Shown here: positions 36,652 through 44,668 of the stretch, piece by piece | Position numbering within the stretch: position 1 is the first letter of the stretch | Layout of the letters: the number at the start of each line of letters is the position of its first letter | Assembly (NCBI GenBank): GCA_016218805.1 | Contig: JACRCW010000015.1 | Span: 1 to 44,668, forward strand | Source: Deltaproteobacteria bacterium | GTDB taxonomy: Bacteria > Myxococcota > JACRCW01 | Direction of reading: 5' to 3' | Length of the DNA stretch: 44,668 nucleotides | The notes under the pieces: generated by a model | What the model saw: the letters and a program-made list of their open reading frames with translations, nothing else | Database searches by the model: none | What the model was told of the DNA's origin: nothing | Made by a program: the position numbers and the translations under genes

Positions 36652-38394
36652 ATGGTCACCATCCGCGATACGCAGCTGCGCGCCACGTACACGTCGTTCG
36701 AGACCCGCCTCCGCACGGAGCCTGGCCTCACGATCAACGCCGACAACATGCCCAAGCTGCTCGCGGCGGTGGCGGACACCTGGTACTCGGGCGCGGACCG
36801 CAAGCTGCGTGAGCTGACGGCGCCCGGCGTCACGCGCCAGAAGCAGGTGGATATCGTCAAGAACGGCATGGGCGCCCAGGAGAAGAAGGACCTGGGGCAG
36901 ATCCTGGACAAGGGCAGCGTCCCCATGACGGACGAGGTCCGCCGGTTCCTGGAGCAGGTGCTGGACCGCCAGCCGGTCACCCCCAACGACGGCAAGCTGC
37001 ACATCACGGGTAACCAGGCCGGCGGGCAGGTGACAGGCACGGGCGCCCCGGGCGTCACGGTGGAGGCCATCAACCTGTCCACGGCGCCGGAGGCGCGCCT
37101 CCACCAGGACGACACGTTTGTGCTGGGCAAGGTGGGCACGGACGGGAAGTTCAGCGGCAAGGTGCCGGACGCCAAGGAAGGCGACGTCATCCGCATGCGC
37201 ACGCGTGACGCGCAGGGCAACACCAGTGACTGGGTGACCGTGCGCGCCACGGGTCTGGCCGCCACGGACACCCGCAACAGCCAGCTGGCGTTGTTCCGCG
37301 TGGGCCTGGCCATGGATGGCGGCAAGGTGGCCATCACCAACATCAACTCCAGCCGCCCCATTTCCGAGCCGGGCGCGCAGGTCCAGGTGGTCAACAAGCG
37401 CACCGGTGAGAAGACCAACATCACCATGGATGAGGCGGGCACCTTCCCCAAGGACCTCAAGGTCAACGGCAAGGACGGTGATCAGTTCACGGTGGCCGTG
37501 TCCGACGGGAAGAACAACACCAACTTTGCCACCGTGGCCGGCACGCTCACGGTGGGCGGCACCGGCGGCGGCACCGGCGGCACGGGCGGGCCGGACATCA
37601 AGGACCCCGCGCTGCACAAGGACGAACTCAACGCGGATGGCACGCCGCGCTTTGCGCTCAAGCGCTTCACGGGCCCGCTGTTCAAGGACGGCGTGGACGC
37701 CTCTGACGTCAAGCAGGGCCAGATTGGGGACTGCTACTTCCCGTCCGCCATGGCGGCCATTGCCAAGGCGCAGCCGGACGCCATCCAGAAGGCCATCACG
37801 GACAACGGCGACGGGACGTACACGGTCACCTTCAAGGAGGTGGACTACCGCGGCAACGTGAAGAACAAGGAGGTCACCGTGGACGGCGACCTCTACGTCC
37901 GGTCGTGGGGCGGCCCGCTGTACGGGTCCGCCGGCGGCGACACCAGCCCGGAGAAGATGGAGCTGTGGTTCCCGCTCATTGAGAAGGCGTACGCGGCGTA
38001 CAAGGGCAGCTTCAACAGCATCGGCAATGGCGGCTCGTCCTCGGACGTGTTCCAGACCATCCTGGGCAAGCCCCGCTATGACGTGAACACGCAGTGGGAG
38101 AGCGCGGACAAGGTGTGGAGCACCATCAAGAAGTCCGTGGACGCCAAGCTGCCCGTCAGCGCCGGCACGCATGGTGAGGACCAGTCCGCCCTGTACACCA
38201 ACACCGGCGTCTACGCCGACCACAGCTACAGCGTGCTGGGGTACAAGGAGGAGAACGGGACCAAGTTTGTGCAGATGCGCAACCCCTGGGGCGAGAGCGA
38301 GCCCTGGCCCGGCGACGGCAAGAACGACGGCATCTTCTTCATCAAGCTGGACGACTTCATGAAGCTGTATGACAACGTGATGACGGTCCGCTGA
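36652..38394 (+). CDS. Calpain-family (C2) cysteine protease with N-terminal helical and Ig-like domains
   Basis: QGQIGDCYF (catalytic Cys), LIEKAYA, HSYSVLG (His) and MRNPWG (Asn); AGGAG RBS; Gly-rich linker. Confidence 0.9.
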   Translation: MVTIRDTQLRATYTSFETRLRTEPGLTINADNMPKLLAAVADTWYSGADRKLRELTAPGVTRQKQVDIVKNGMGAQEKKDLGQILDKGSVPMTDEVRRFLEQVLDRQPVTPNDGKLHITGNQAGGQVTGTGAPGVTVEAINLSTAPEARLHQDDTFVLGKVGTDGKFSGKVPDAKEGDVIRMRTRDAQGNTSDWVTVRATGLAATDTRNSQLALFRVGLAMDGGKVAITNINSSRPISEPGAQVQVVNKRTGEKTNITMDEAGTFPKDLKVNGKDGDQFTVAVSDGKNNTNFATVAGTLTVGGTGGGTGGTGGPDIKDPALHKDELNADGTPRFALKRFTGPLFKDGVDASDVKQGQIGDCYFPSAMAAIAKAQPDAIQKAITDNGDGTYTVTFKEVDYRGNVKNKEVTVDGDLYVRSWGGPLYGSAGGDTSPEKMELWFPLIEKAYAAYKGSFNSIGNGGSSSDVFQTILGKPRYDVNTQWESADKVWSTIKKSVDAKLPVSAGTHGEDQSALYTNTGVYADHSYSVLGYKEENGTKFVQMRNPWGESEPWPGDGKNDGIFFIKLDDFMKLYDNVMTVR

Positions 38395-38397
38395 GCC

Positions 38398-38763
38398 ATG
38401 GCCATTCCCCCCGAACCGATCCAGGAGCTCATTGACGCCTCCACGGACATTGTGGACGCGGAGGTGGCTGAGGTGGTCTCCACCGGCACCAAGCCCGCGC
38501 AGCCTGACGTCCCCACGGGAACCACCAGCGCGGGGTTCAAGGCGGCGGAGCAGGTGGTGGTGCTCAAGGTGGCGCGCGCGCTCAAGGGCGGCGCCAAGGG
38601 CAACCTCACCGTGCACAAGCCGGTGTCCGGCTACGCGCTCAAGGCCGGCAACAAGGGCGCGTTCTTCCTGCGCGCGGGCCAGCCGCACGCGGAGATCCTG
38701 GGCCGCTACGGCCCGGACACCTACCGCGTGGAATCCGTGGAGCACGTCCTCGGCAAGAAGTGA
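38398..38763 (+). CDS. Hypothetical 121-aa protein with OB-fold/TIMP-NTR-like pattern
   Basis: Starts 3 nt after the protease stop; pattern L..AS..IV.AEV...V.LKV..ALKG...L..G....FFL. Confidence 0.75.
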   Translation: MAIPPEPIQELIDASTDIVDAEVAEVVSTGTKPAQPDVPTGTTSAGFKAAEQVVVLKVARALKGGAKGNLTVHKPVSGYALKAGNKGAFFLRAGQPHAEILGRYGPDTYRVESVEHVLGKK

Positions 38764-38767
38764 GGCC

Positions 38768-39250
38768 ATGTCCCGCCGTGCCGCTGTCCTGCTGATGATC
38801 GGCGTGGCGCTCGCCGGGGCGCCCGTGCGCGCCCAGGACGGCGGTGAGGACGCCGGAACCACCGCGGACGCGTCCAGCACCGACGGCGCCGCGGCGGGGG
38901 ACGCGGGCTGCGGGAGTGTGACGGTGCTGGGGCACTGCGGGGACAGCACCCACCTGGTGACCTGCTCCGGCACAACGCTGCAGGTGACGGACTGCGTCGC
39001 CGTGTATGGTCCGTTGTTCGCGTGTGTGGCGGGCGCGGGGGCCGCGGGCTGCCAGCTGACGGAAGCGGACGCCGGACCGCCCGGACCGCCGGCGGATGCG
39101 GGGTTGGCCAACGCGGACGGAGGCGCGGATGGAGGAAGCGCGGACGGCTGCGGGTGTCTGCGCCCCGCCAACGGGACGCCGGCAGGAACGGCGCTGGCCG
39201 GGCTGGTCCTGCTTGCGCGGTGGCGGCCGCGGCGGAGAGCCCGCACTTGA
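38768..39250 (+). CDS. Small exported Cys-containing protein with MYXO-CTERM-like tail
   Basis: Signal peptide (…APVRA), DAG repeats, and C-terminal GCGC followed by a hydrophobic helix and RWRPRRR. Confidence 0.75.
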   Translation: MSRRAAVLLMIGVALAGAPVRAQDGGEDAGTTADASSTDGAAAGDAGCGSVTVLGHCGDSTHLVTCSGTTLQVTDCVAVYGPLFACVAGAGAAGCQLTEADAGPPGPPADAGLANADGGADGGSADGCGCLRPANGTPAGTALAGLVLLARWRPRRRART

Positions 39251-39275
39251 CGTTTCCCCCTGTGAACGGCATGTT
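39247..39275 (+). promoter_or_regulatory. Sigma70-like promoter for tRNA-Cys
   Basis: TTGACG-17 bp-CATGTT, 22 nt upstream of the tRNA. Confidence 0.5.
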
Positions 39276-39297
39276 GCCGCGGCTTTGAAGGGAGCGT

Positions 39298-39372
39298 GGC
39301 CAGGTAGCCAAGCGGTTAGGCAACGGTCTGCAAAACCGTCATACGCCGGTTCGAATCCGGTCCTGGCCTCCA
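39298..39372 (+). tRNA. tRNA-Cys (GCA)
   Basis: Acceptor stem GGCCAGG/CCTGGCC, anticodon arm ACGGT-CTGCAAA-ACCGT, T arm GCCGG-TTCGAAT-CCGGT, U discriminator and encoded CCA. Confidence 0.97.
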
Positions 39373-39463
39373 ATCCAACCCCACCTTGTCCCGCTGCATC
39401 CTGGGCCCCCGGGCCCGGTGCGCGGGATGGGTGCGTCCAGGTGGGCACCACGCGGCGGGCGGG

Positions 39464-40450
39464 ATGCTGACGGCGCTGCTGGCCACCGCGTACGTGCTGG
39501 GCGTGGCTGCTGACCCGCCCGGGGACGGCACCGCACTGCCTCCCCTGGAAGACTCCACGCCGCCGCCGGCCGCCGGCGCGCCCGCGCTGCCCCCGCCGGC
39601 ACCGGAGAACCTGGAGACGGAGCCCGCCACGCCGCTGCTGTCCCCGCTGGGGCGCGGAGCGGGCCCGGGCCTTCCCTGGCAGGTGGTCCTGGCGCTGCAA
39701 CTGGCGGCATACGCCGCGGTGGACGCGTTCCCCTACCTGGGCTGCGTGGTCCACAGCCTGGTGCTGGCCTTGCTGGTCCCCATTGGCCCGGGGTTGCCGC
39801 TGGCGGCGCTGATGACCGTGGTGCTCATCCCGCCGGCGGCCTGCCTGAGCGGCTGCACGTCGGCGGCGGTGCTGCAGTTCCTGGGTGACCGGCTGGGCAC
39901 GCAGCGTGGCCGGCTGGGCTGCGTGGGGGTGGCCAGCGTCGGCGCCAGCTTCCTGACGTATGCGCTCGTGATTGCACCCATCATCATCGGCGTCGGGTTC
40001 TTCTCGGTGGCGGCGGCCACGTTTGCCTCCACCTATGCCATCCTTTCTGTCCCGCAGGTCACGCTCCCCGGGGACGCGCGGTTCTGGGCCGGGGCGGGCT
40101 ACTCGCTGTCCGTGGCCGGTGCGGTGGGGGCAATCCTCGTCGTGGGCGTGGGCTCGCTGGCCGCACCGTGCGTGGGGTTCATCCTGCGCCCGGCCGCGGT
40201 GGCCTGGCTGTACCGTCTCACCTCCCGCTCCCGTGATGCGGGCGAAGAACAGTGGCCACCATCCCTGGTGGGTGAACGCGCCGAATTGTGGTGGCCGTTC
40301 CGGCGCAGTCCCGCCCCACCCGCGCCCGCCGCACCCGTACCGGCGCAACCCGCCGCGCCGCCGCCGCCCGCTGAGGCGCCGCCTCCCGCCGAGCCGCCGC
40401 CGCCGCCGCCCGCCGACGAGCCGGTGGCCGAGCCGGTCACTGCACCTTGA
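39464..40450 (+). CDS. Multi-TM membrane protein with Pro-rich ends, unknown function
   Basis: Signal-like N-terminus and several hydrophobic helices; shares motifs with the C-terminal half of 21813-23027. Confidence 0.7.
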   Translation: MLTALLATAYVLGVAADPPGDGTALPPLEDSTPPPAAGAPALPPPAPENLETEPATPLLSPLGRGAGPGLPWQVVLALQLAAYAAVDAFPYLGCVVHSLVLALLVPIGPGLPLAALMTVVLIPPAACLSGCTSAAVLQFLGDRLGTQRGRLGCVGVASVGASFLTYALVIAPIIIGVGFFSVAAATFASTYAILSVPQVTLPGDARFWAGAGYSLSVAGAVGAILVVGVGSLAAPCVGFILRPAAVAWLYRLTSRSRDAGEEQWPPSLVGERAELWWPFRRSPAPPAPAAPVPAQPAAPPPPAEAPPPAEPPPPPPADEPVAEPVTAP

Positions 40451-41162
40451 AGCGGATTTCCGGTACGCGCATCATCGCTTCCACGACGATGCGCTGGCTC
40501 ATCTTGGAGCTGCCGGCTTCGCGCTCATAGAACACAATGGGAATCTCACGGATGATGAAGCCCTTGCGGTACGCGCGGTAGGTCATCTCGATTTGGAACG
40601 CGTACCCGGTGCTCTCCACGGCATCGAGGTCGATGGCCTGGAGCACTTCGCGGCGGAAACACTTGAAGCCGCCGGTGAGGTCCCGGATGCCCAGTTTGCC
40701 CGGGGGGAAGCCCGCGTTGAGGATGGTGCGCGCGTAGAGGCTGCCACCCACGCTGATGATCTTGCGCAGCATCCCCCAGTTCACCGTGCCGCCACCGTCA
40801 ATGTAGCGGCTGCCCAGCACCAGGTCCGCCTCCTTGATGGCCTCCAGGAACGCCGGCAGGTAACGCGGCTGGTGGCTGAAGTCCGCGTCCATCTCAAAGA
40901 TGTACTTGTACGGCCGCTCCAGCGCCCACTTGAACCCGGCAATGTACGCCTTGCCCAGGCCCTGCTTGCCGGCGCGGTGCAGCACGTGGATGCGGCTGTC
41001 CTGCTCCGCCATCCCGTCGGCCACGGCGCCCGTACCGTCGGGGCTGTTGTCATCAATGATGAGCACGTCCACCGGCGCCGTGCGCAGCACCTCGGGCACA
41101 ATGGAGGCTATGTTCTCGCGCTCGTTGTACGTGGGGATGAGGACGATTGCTTCGTTGGCCAC
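40437..41162 (-). CDS. Polyprenol-monophosphomannose synthase-like GT2 (Ppm1/DPM1 type)
   Basis: IPTYNERENI, IDDNSPDGT, GLGKAY, EMDADFSH, DLTGGFKCFRR and GYAFQIE. Confidence 0.92.
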   Translation of the reverse strand: MANEAIVLIPTYNERENIASIVPEVLRTAPVDVLIIDDNSPDGTGAVADGMAEQDSRIHVLHRAGKQGLGKAYIAGFKWALERPYKYIFEMDADFSHQPRYLPAFLEAIKEADLVLGSRYIDGGGTVNWGMLRKIISVGGSLYARTILNAGFPPGKLGIRDLTGGFKCFRREVLQAIDLDAVESTGYAFQIEMTYRAYRKGFIIREIPIVFYEREAGSSKMSQRIVVEAMMRVPEIRFKVQ

Positions 41163-41291
41163 GGCGCACCTGCCTTCCCCGGCACAGACCGGAATGGAGG
41201 ACGGCCCCTTACCGGTGCGGGTGCGGTGGCCTCAAGCCCCGGCGACAGCGCGTCTTGACAAGCCCAGCGGGCACGGACATGCCTGCGCGCC

Positions 41292-43061
41292 ATGACGCCG
41301 CGAAACGTCTGGGAACAGGTGCGCCGTCTCGTCGAGCGGGCGGGGCTGCCGCTGCACGCGGCCGCGTGGCTGGCGGTGGTGGCCGCGCTGGCGTTCACGC
41401 ACCCCGTGGCCGTCACAGACGTGCAGCGCGGCCGGCCGGGGTCCGCCGCGCCCACCCGGCTGCCGCTGGAATGGCAGGGCCGCGGCTCGCACGTGTTCCA
41501 GGCCACCTTCCACGCGGACTGGCGCACGCCGCGGCAACTCACCATGGCGGCGGATGACTGCGTGGAAGCGCTGTCCGTGGATGACAACGTGGTGTTCCAG
41601 GAATCCTGCGCGCCGTGCAAGCACTGCAAGTACACGCGCTTCCGCCTGGGGCGGCTGGAGGATGGGCCGCACCGGCTGCAGATCACCGTGGGTGAAACGG
41701 GCGGTGGCGCATCCCTGGACATCCGGCAGGCGCGCGGGCTGGACGCCCTGGCCACGGCGGTGCTGCTGCTGGCGGGCTGGGGCGTGCTGCTGGGCGCGCG
41801 GCGCCTGCGGGTGGGCGCGGGCGGGGCGTGGGTGGCGCTGCTGGGGCTGGTGACCACCACGCTGTACCACGTGGTGACGGACCATTCGGTGCGGTCCCAT
41901 GACGTGGCCGGACACCGCGAATACGTGGACCATCTGCTGCGTTCCTGGTCCCTGCCGGGTGTGCGGCAGGGCTGGGAGACCTGGCAGCCGCCGCTGTACT
42001 ACGCGCTGTCCGCCGCGTGGGCGCAACTGACGAGTTGGACCGGGGTGGATGACGTGCACCGGCGCGTGCAGTGGGTGGCGGCCGCGCTGTACCTGTGCGT
42101 GGTGCTGGGCGGGCTGGTGGCGTGGCGGCGGTTCCGGTTCACCGCACGCGCCGCCTGGCTGGGGCCGGTGCTGGTGGTGCTGATTCCCGCGCACGTGTTC
42201 CTGAGCGGGCGGGTCAACAATGACGCCATCATGCCGGTGTTTGGGATGGCGCTGACGTGGCTGGGGTTTGAGTACGCCACCGCACCACGGGCGCGCATCC
42301 TGCTGGCCACCTCCGCACTGCTGCTGCTGTCGCTGCTGGCCAAGACGTCGTCCATGTCGCTGGTGGCGTCCGCGGGTCTGCTGGTGCTGTGGCGCGATCA
42401 CGTGGACGGGCGGCGCCTGGTGGACCGCGCGCGCAACGCGCTGGTGCTGGGCGGTCCCTCGGCGGTGTGGCTGCTGTTCTGGTTCTGGCGCAACCATGAC
42501 CAGACCGGCGAGTGGATGTACGTCAACGCCAACCTGCAGGACGTCCTGAAGGTTCCCAACGTCGCGTACAAGTACCTGTCGTTTGATTGGAAGGCATTCA
42601 CCTCCGAGGGGCATTTCAACACCTTTGGCGGGACACTGCGTGAGAGCTTTCCCACGTCGCTGGCGGCCAGCCTGCTCACCGGGGAGTTCACGCTGGACTT
42701 TGTGGGCCAGCCGCTGCTGAGCTTCCTGCGCGCCGCGTTCCTGCCCATGCTCCTCCTGTTCCTTGTTGGGCTGTTCACGCGGCCGGAAGGCTGGCGCGTG
42801 CGGCCGTGGCTGCCGGCGGTGCTGCTGGTTGGGGTGCACGCGTTCTTCATGGCGTCCTACAACTGGCGCTTCAGCTTTGCGTGCAACCAGGACGCCCGCC
42901 TGTGGTCACCCGTGTACTTCCCCGCGGCGGTGGTGTGGACCTGGGGCTACGAGTCCGCCCTGGAGCGCACCCGCGGGCCGCTGCGCGTTGCCGTCATGCT
43001 GGCGCCCGTGGTGTTTGTGGCGCTGCTGGCGGCGTTCTGGTGGAAGTTCTTCTTCCCGTGA
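41292..43061 (+). CDS. GT-C (ArnT/PMT-like) membrane glycosyltransferase with N-terminal PA14-like domain
   Basis: HDVAGH..YV, ETWQPPLYY, VNNDA, LAK and Q.AR motifs with many TM helices; N-terminal ADDC...GPHRLQI domain; TTGACA-17-CATGCC upstream. Confidence 0.78.
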   Translation: MTPRNVWEQVRRLVERAGLPLHAAAWLAVVAALAFTHPVAVTDVQRGRPGSAAPTRLPLEWQGRGSHVFQATFHADWRTPRQLTMAADDCVEALSVDDNVVFQESCAPCKHCKYTRFRLGRLEDGPHRLQITVGETGGGASLDIRQARGLDALATAVLLLAGWGVLLGARRLRVGAGGAWVALLGLVTTTLYHVVTDHSVRSHDVAGHREYVDHLLRSWSLPGVRQGWETWQPPLYYALSAAWAQLTSWTGVDDVHRRVQWVAAALYLCVVLGGLVAWRRFRFTARAAWLGPVLVVLIPAHVFLSGRVNNDAIMPVFGMALTWLGFEYATAPRARILLATSALLLLSLLAKTSSMSLVASAGLLVLWRDHVDGRRLVDRARNALVLGGPSAVWLLFWFWRNHDQTGEWMYVNANLQDVLKVPNVAYKYLSFDWKAFTSEGHFNTFGGTLRESFPTSLAASLLTGEFTLDFVGQPLLSFLRAAFLPMLLLFLVGLFTRPEGWRVRPWLPAVLLVGVHAFFMASYNWRFSFACNQDARLWSPVYFPAAVVWTWGYESALERTRGPLRVAVMLAPVVFVALLAAFWWKFFFP

Positions 43062-43344
43062 AGGCTCCAGCCCAGGCGGCGGCGGACCAGCGGCCCCAGG
43101 ACACCCCTTGACGCCACCTGTGCTCTTGGGTCTATGACGCGCACGGACGTCGTGGCGCGGTCCGTCGGACCGTGCTTTCCGTACCTCCCAGTCACCGCAC
43201 ACCGGCAGATTCCCGCACCCGCAAGGGGTGTCCGGGGCCGGGGTGGCAGACGGGGCTGGAACAAGGGGCGCGGTTCCACGACGCCGGCAACCACCGCCAG
43301 CCAAGGGGCGCTGGCAACACCTCAAGCCCCTGTCTGAGAGCACC

Positions 43345-44607
43345 ATGTCTGAGAACACGCTCAACCTGACTGAACTCAAGCGCAAAAAGATGACCGACCT
43401 GCAGAAGCTCGCCCGCGACTTCAACGTCGAGGGGGCGGGTGGCATGCGGCGGCAGGAACTGACCTTCTCCCTGCTGCAGGGCGCGGCCGAACGCGGCTGG
43501 ACGCTCTACAGCGAAGGCGTGATGGAGTGCCTGCCTGAGGGGTTCGGGTTCCTGCGCGCGCCGGATTACAGCTACCTGCCCGGCCCGGACGACGTGTACG
43601 TCAGCCCGTCCCAGGTGCGGCGCTTCAACCTGCGCACCGGTGACTCCGTGGCCGGCACCATCCGCCCGCCCAAGGAGAATGAGCGCTACTACGCCATGCT
43701 CAAGGTGGAGACGGTCAACGGGGAGCCGCCCGAAGCCGCCAAGGACAAGATCCTGTTTGACAACCTCACCGCGCTGTACCCGACGCGGCGGCTCAACCTG
43801 GAGTGGCGCGCGGACGAGTACTCCACGCGCATCACGGACCTGTTGGTGCCCACGGGCAAGGGACAGCGCACGCTCATTGTGTCGCCGCCGCGCGCGGGCA
43901 AGACGGTGCTGCTGCAGAACATTGCGCATGCCATCACGCACAACCACCCGGAGGTGGTGCTGATGGTGCTGCTCATTGATGAGCGGCCGGAGGAAGTGAC
44001 GGACATGCAGCGGTCCGTGCAGGGAGAGGTCATCAGCTCCACCTTTGACGAGCCCGCACAGCGGCACGTGCAGGTGGCGGAGATGGTGATTGAGAAGGCC
44101 AAGCGCCTGGTGGAGCACAAGAAGGACGTGGTGATCCTGCTGGATTCCATCACGCGCCTGGCGCGCGCGTACAACACGGTGGTGCCGCCGTCCGGGAAGA
44201 TCCTCTCCGGCGGTGTGGACTCCAACGCGTTGCACAAGCCCAAGCGGTTCTTTGGTGCGGCCCGCAACGTGGAGGAGGGCGGGTCACTCACCATCATTGG
44301 CACGGCGCTCATTGATACCGGGTCCCGCATGGACGAGGTGATCTTTGAGGAGTTCAAGGGCACCGGCAACAGCGAGATGGTGCTGGACCGCAAGCTGATG
44401 GAGAAGCGCATCTTCCCGTGCCTGGACATCAACAAGTCCGCCACGCGCAAGGAGGAGCTGCTCCTCAAGCCGGAGGTCCTCAACCGCGTGTGGATCCTGC
44501 GTCAGCTGCTGCACCCGCTGAACGTGATTGACTCCATGGAGTTCCTGCTCAGCCGCATGAAGCAGACCAAGAGCAACAAGGAATTCCTGGACTCCATGAG
44601 CGCGTGA
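43345..44607 (+). CDS. rho: Transcription termination factor Rho
   Basis: [53 protein letters not shown] and EEFKGTGN. Confidence 0.99.
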   Translation: MSENTLNLTELKRKKMTDLQKLARDFNVEGAGGMRRQELTFSLLQGAAERGWTLYSEGVMECLPEGFGFLRAPDYSYLPGPDDVYVSPSQVRRFNLRTGDSVAGTIRPPKENERYYAMLKVETVNGEPPEAAKDKILFDNLTALYPTRRLNLEWRADEYSTRITDLLVPTGKGQRTLIVSPPRAGKTVLLQNIAHAITHNHPEVVLMVLLIDERPEEVTDMQRSVQGEVISSTFDEPAQRHVQVAEMVIEKAKRLVEHKKDVVILLDSITRLARAYNTVVPPSGKILSGGVDSNALHKPKRFFGAARNVEEGGSLTIIGTALIDTGSRMDEVIFEEFKGTGNSEMVLDRKLMEKRIFPCLDINKSATRKEELLLKPEVLNRVWILRQLLHPLNVIDSMEFLLSRMKQTKSNKEFLDSMSA

Positions 44608-44668
44608 TGTCCGGGGACGCCCGCGCCGTGCCGCCCCTGGAGCCGGCGCTGGGCGAATGCCGCACCTA

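Noticed and set aside
36640..39246. 868-aa minus-strand ORF
   Set aside because: Antisense shadow of the calpain operon.
41231..43330. CTCAAGCCCC repeated upstream of the GT-C gene (41231) and rho (43321)
   Set aside because: A 10-bp match at different distances from the starts with no dyad symmetry; compatible with chance.

Overview
This is a very GC-rich, gene-dense bacterial chromosomal segment with about 45 CDS and one tRNA. The gene types point to a Myxococcota-like deltaproteobacterium (inference): a MYXO-CTERM-like tail, a PEGA protein, a membrane Ser/Thr kinase, a thrombospondin-type-3 (TSP3) repeat lipoprotein and a split nuo cluster. Recognisable genes are modABC, glmU-glmS, hemD, nuoJ/nuoK, dnaA, tRNA-Cys(GCA), rho, a MoxR/VWA pair, a LysR/TauE pair, a hybrid PAS kinase, and a polyprenol-P-sugar synthase with a GT-C glycosyltransferase. 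I saw no CRISPR array, IS, integrase, prophage or rRNA. Main observations: (1) a MenAT1-like nucleotidyltransferase toxin-antitoxin pair sits between two copies of a 48-bp block-conserved direct repeat that duplicates the modA start region; (2) coding sequence strongly avoids ATCG/TTCG/TCGA, yet the dnaA upstream spacer is packed with GATC, ATCG/CGAT and GCGCGA motifs and has no perfect DnaA box, and dnaA lacks dnaN/rpmH neighbours; (3) a calpain-family protease is tightly coupled to a small TIMP/NTR-like protein and a MYXO-CTERM protein; (4) an unknown ORF lies between nuoJ and nuoK; (5) a His-rich beta-propeller, a paralogous unnamed membrane domain and a 44-aa ORF missing from the ORF track. 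All family calls come from motif recognition by eye and all counts are hand counts; no searches were run.
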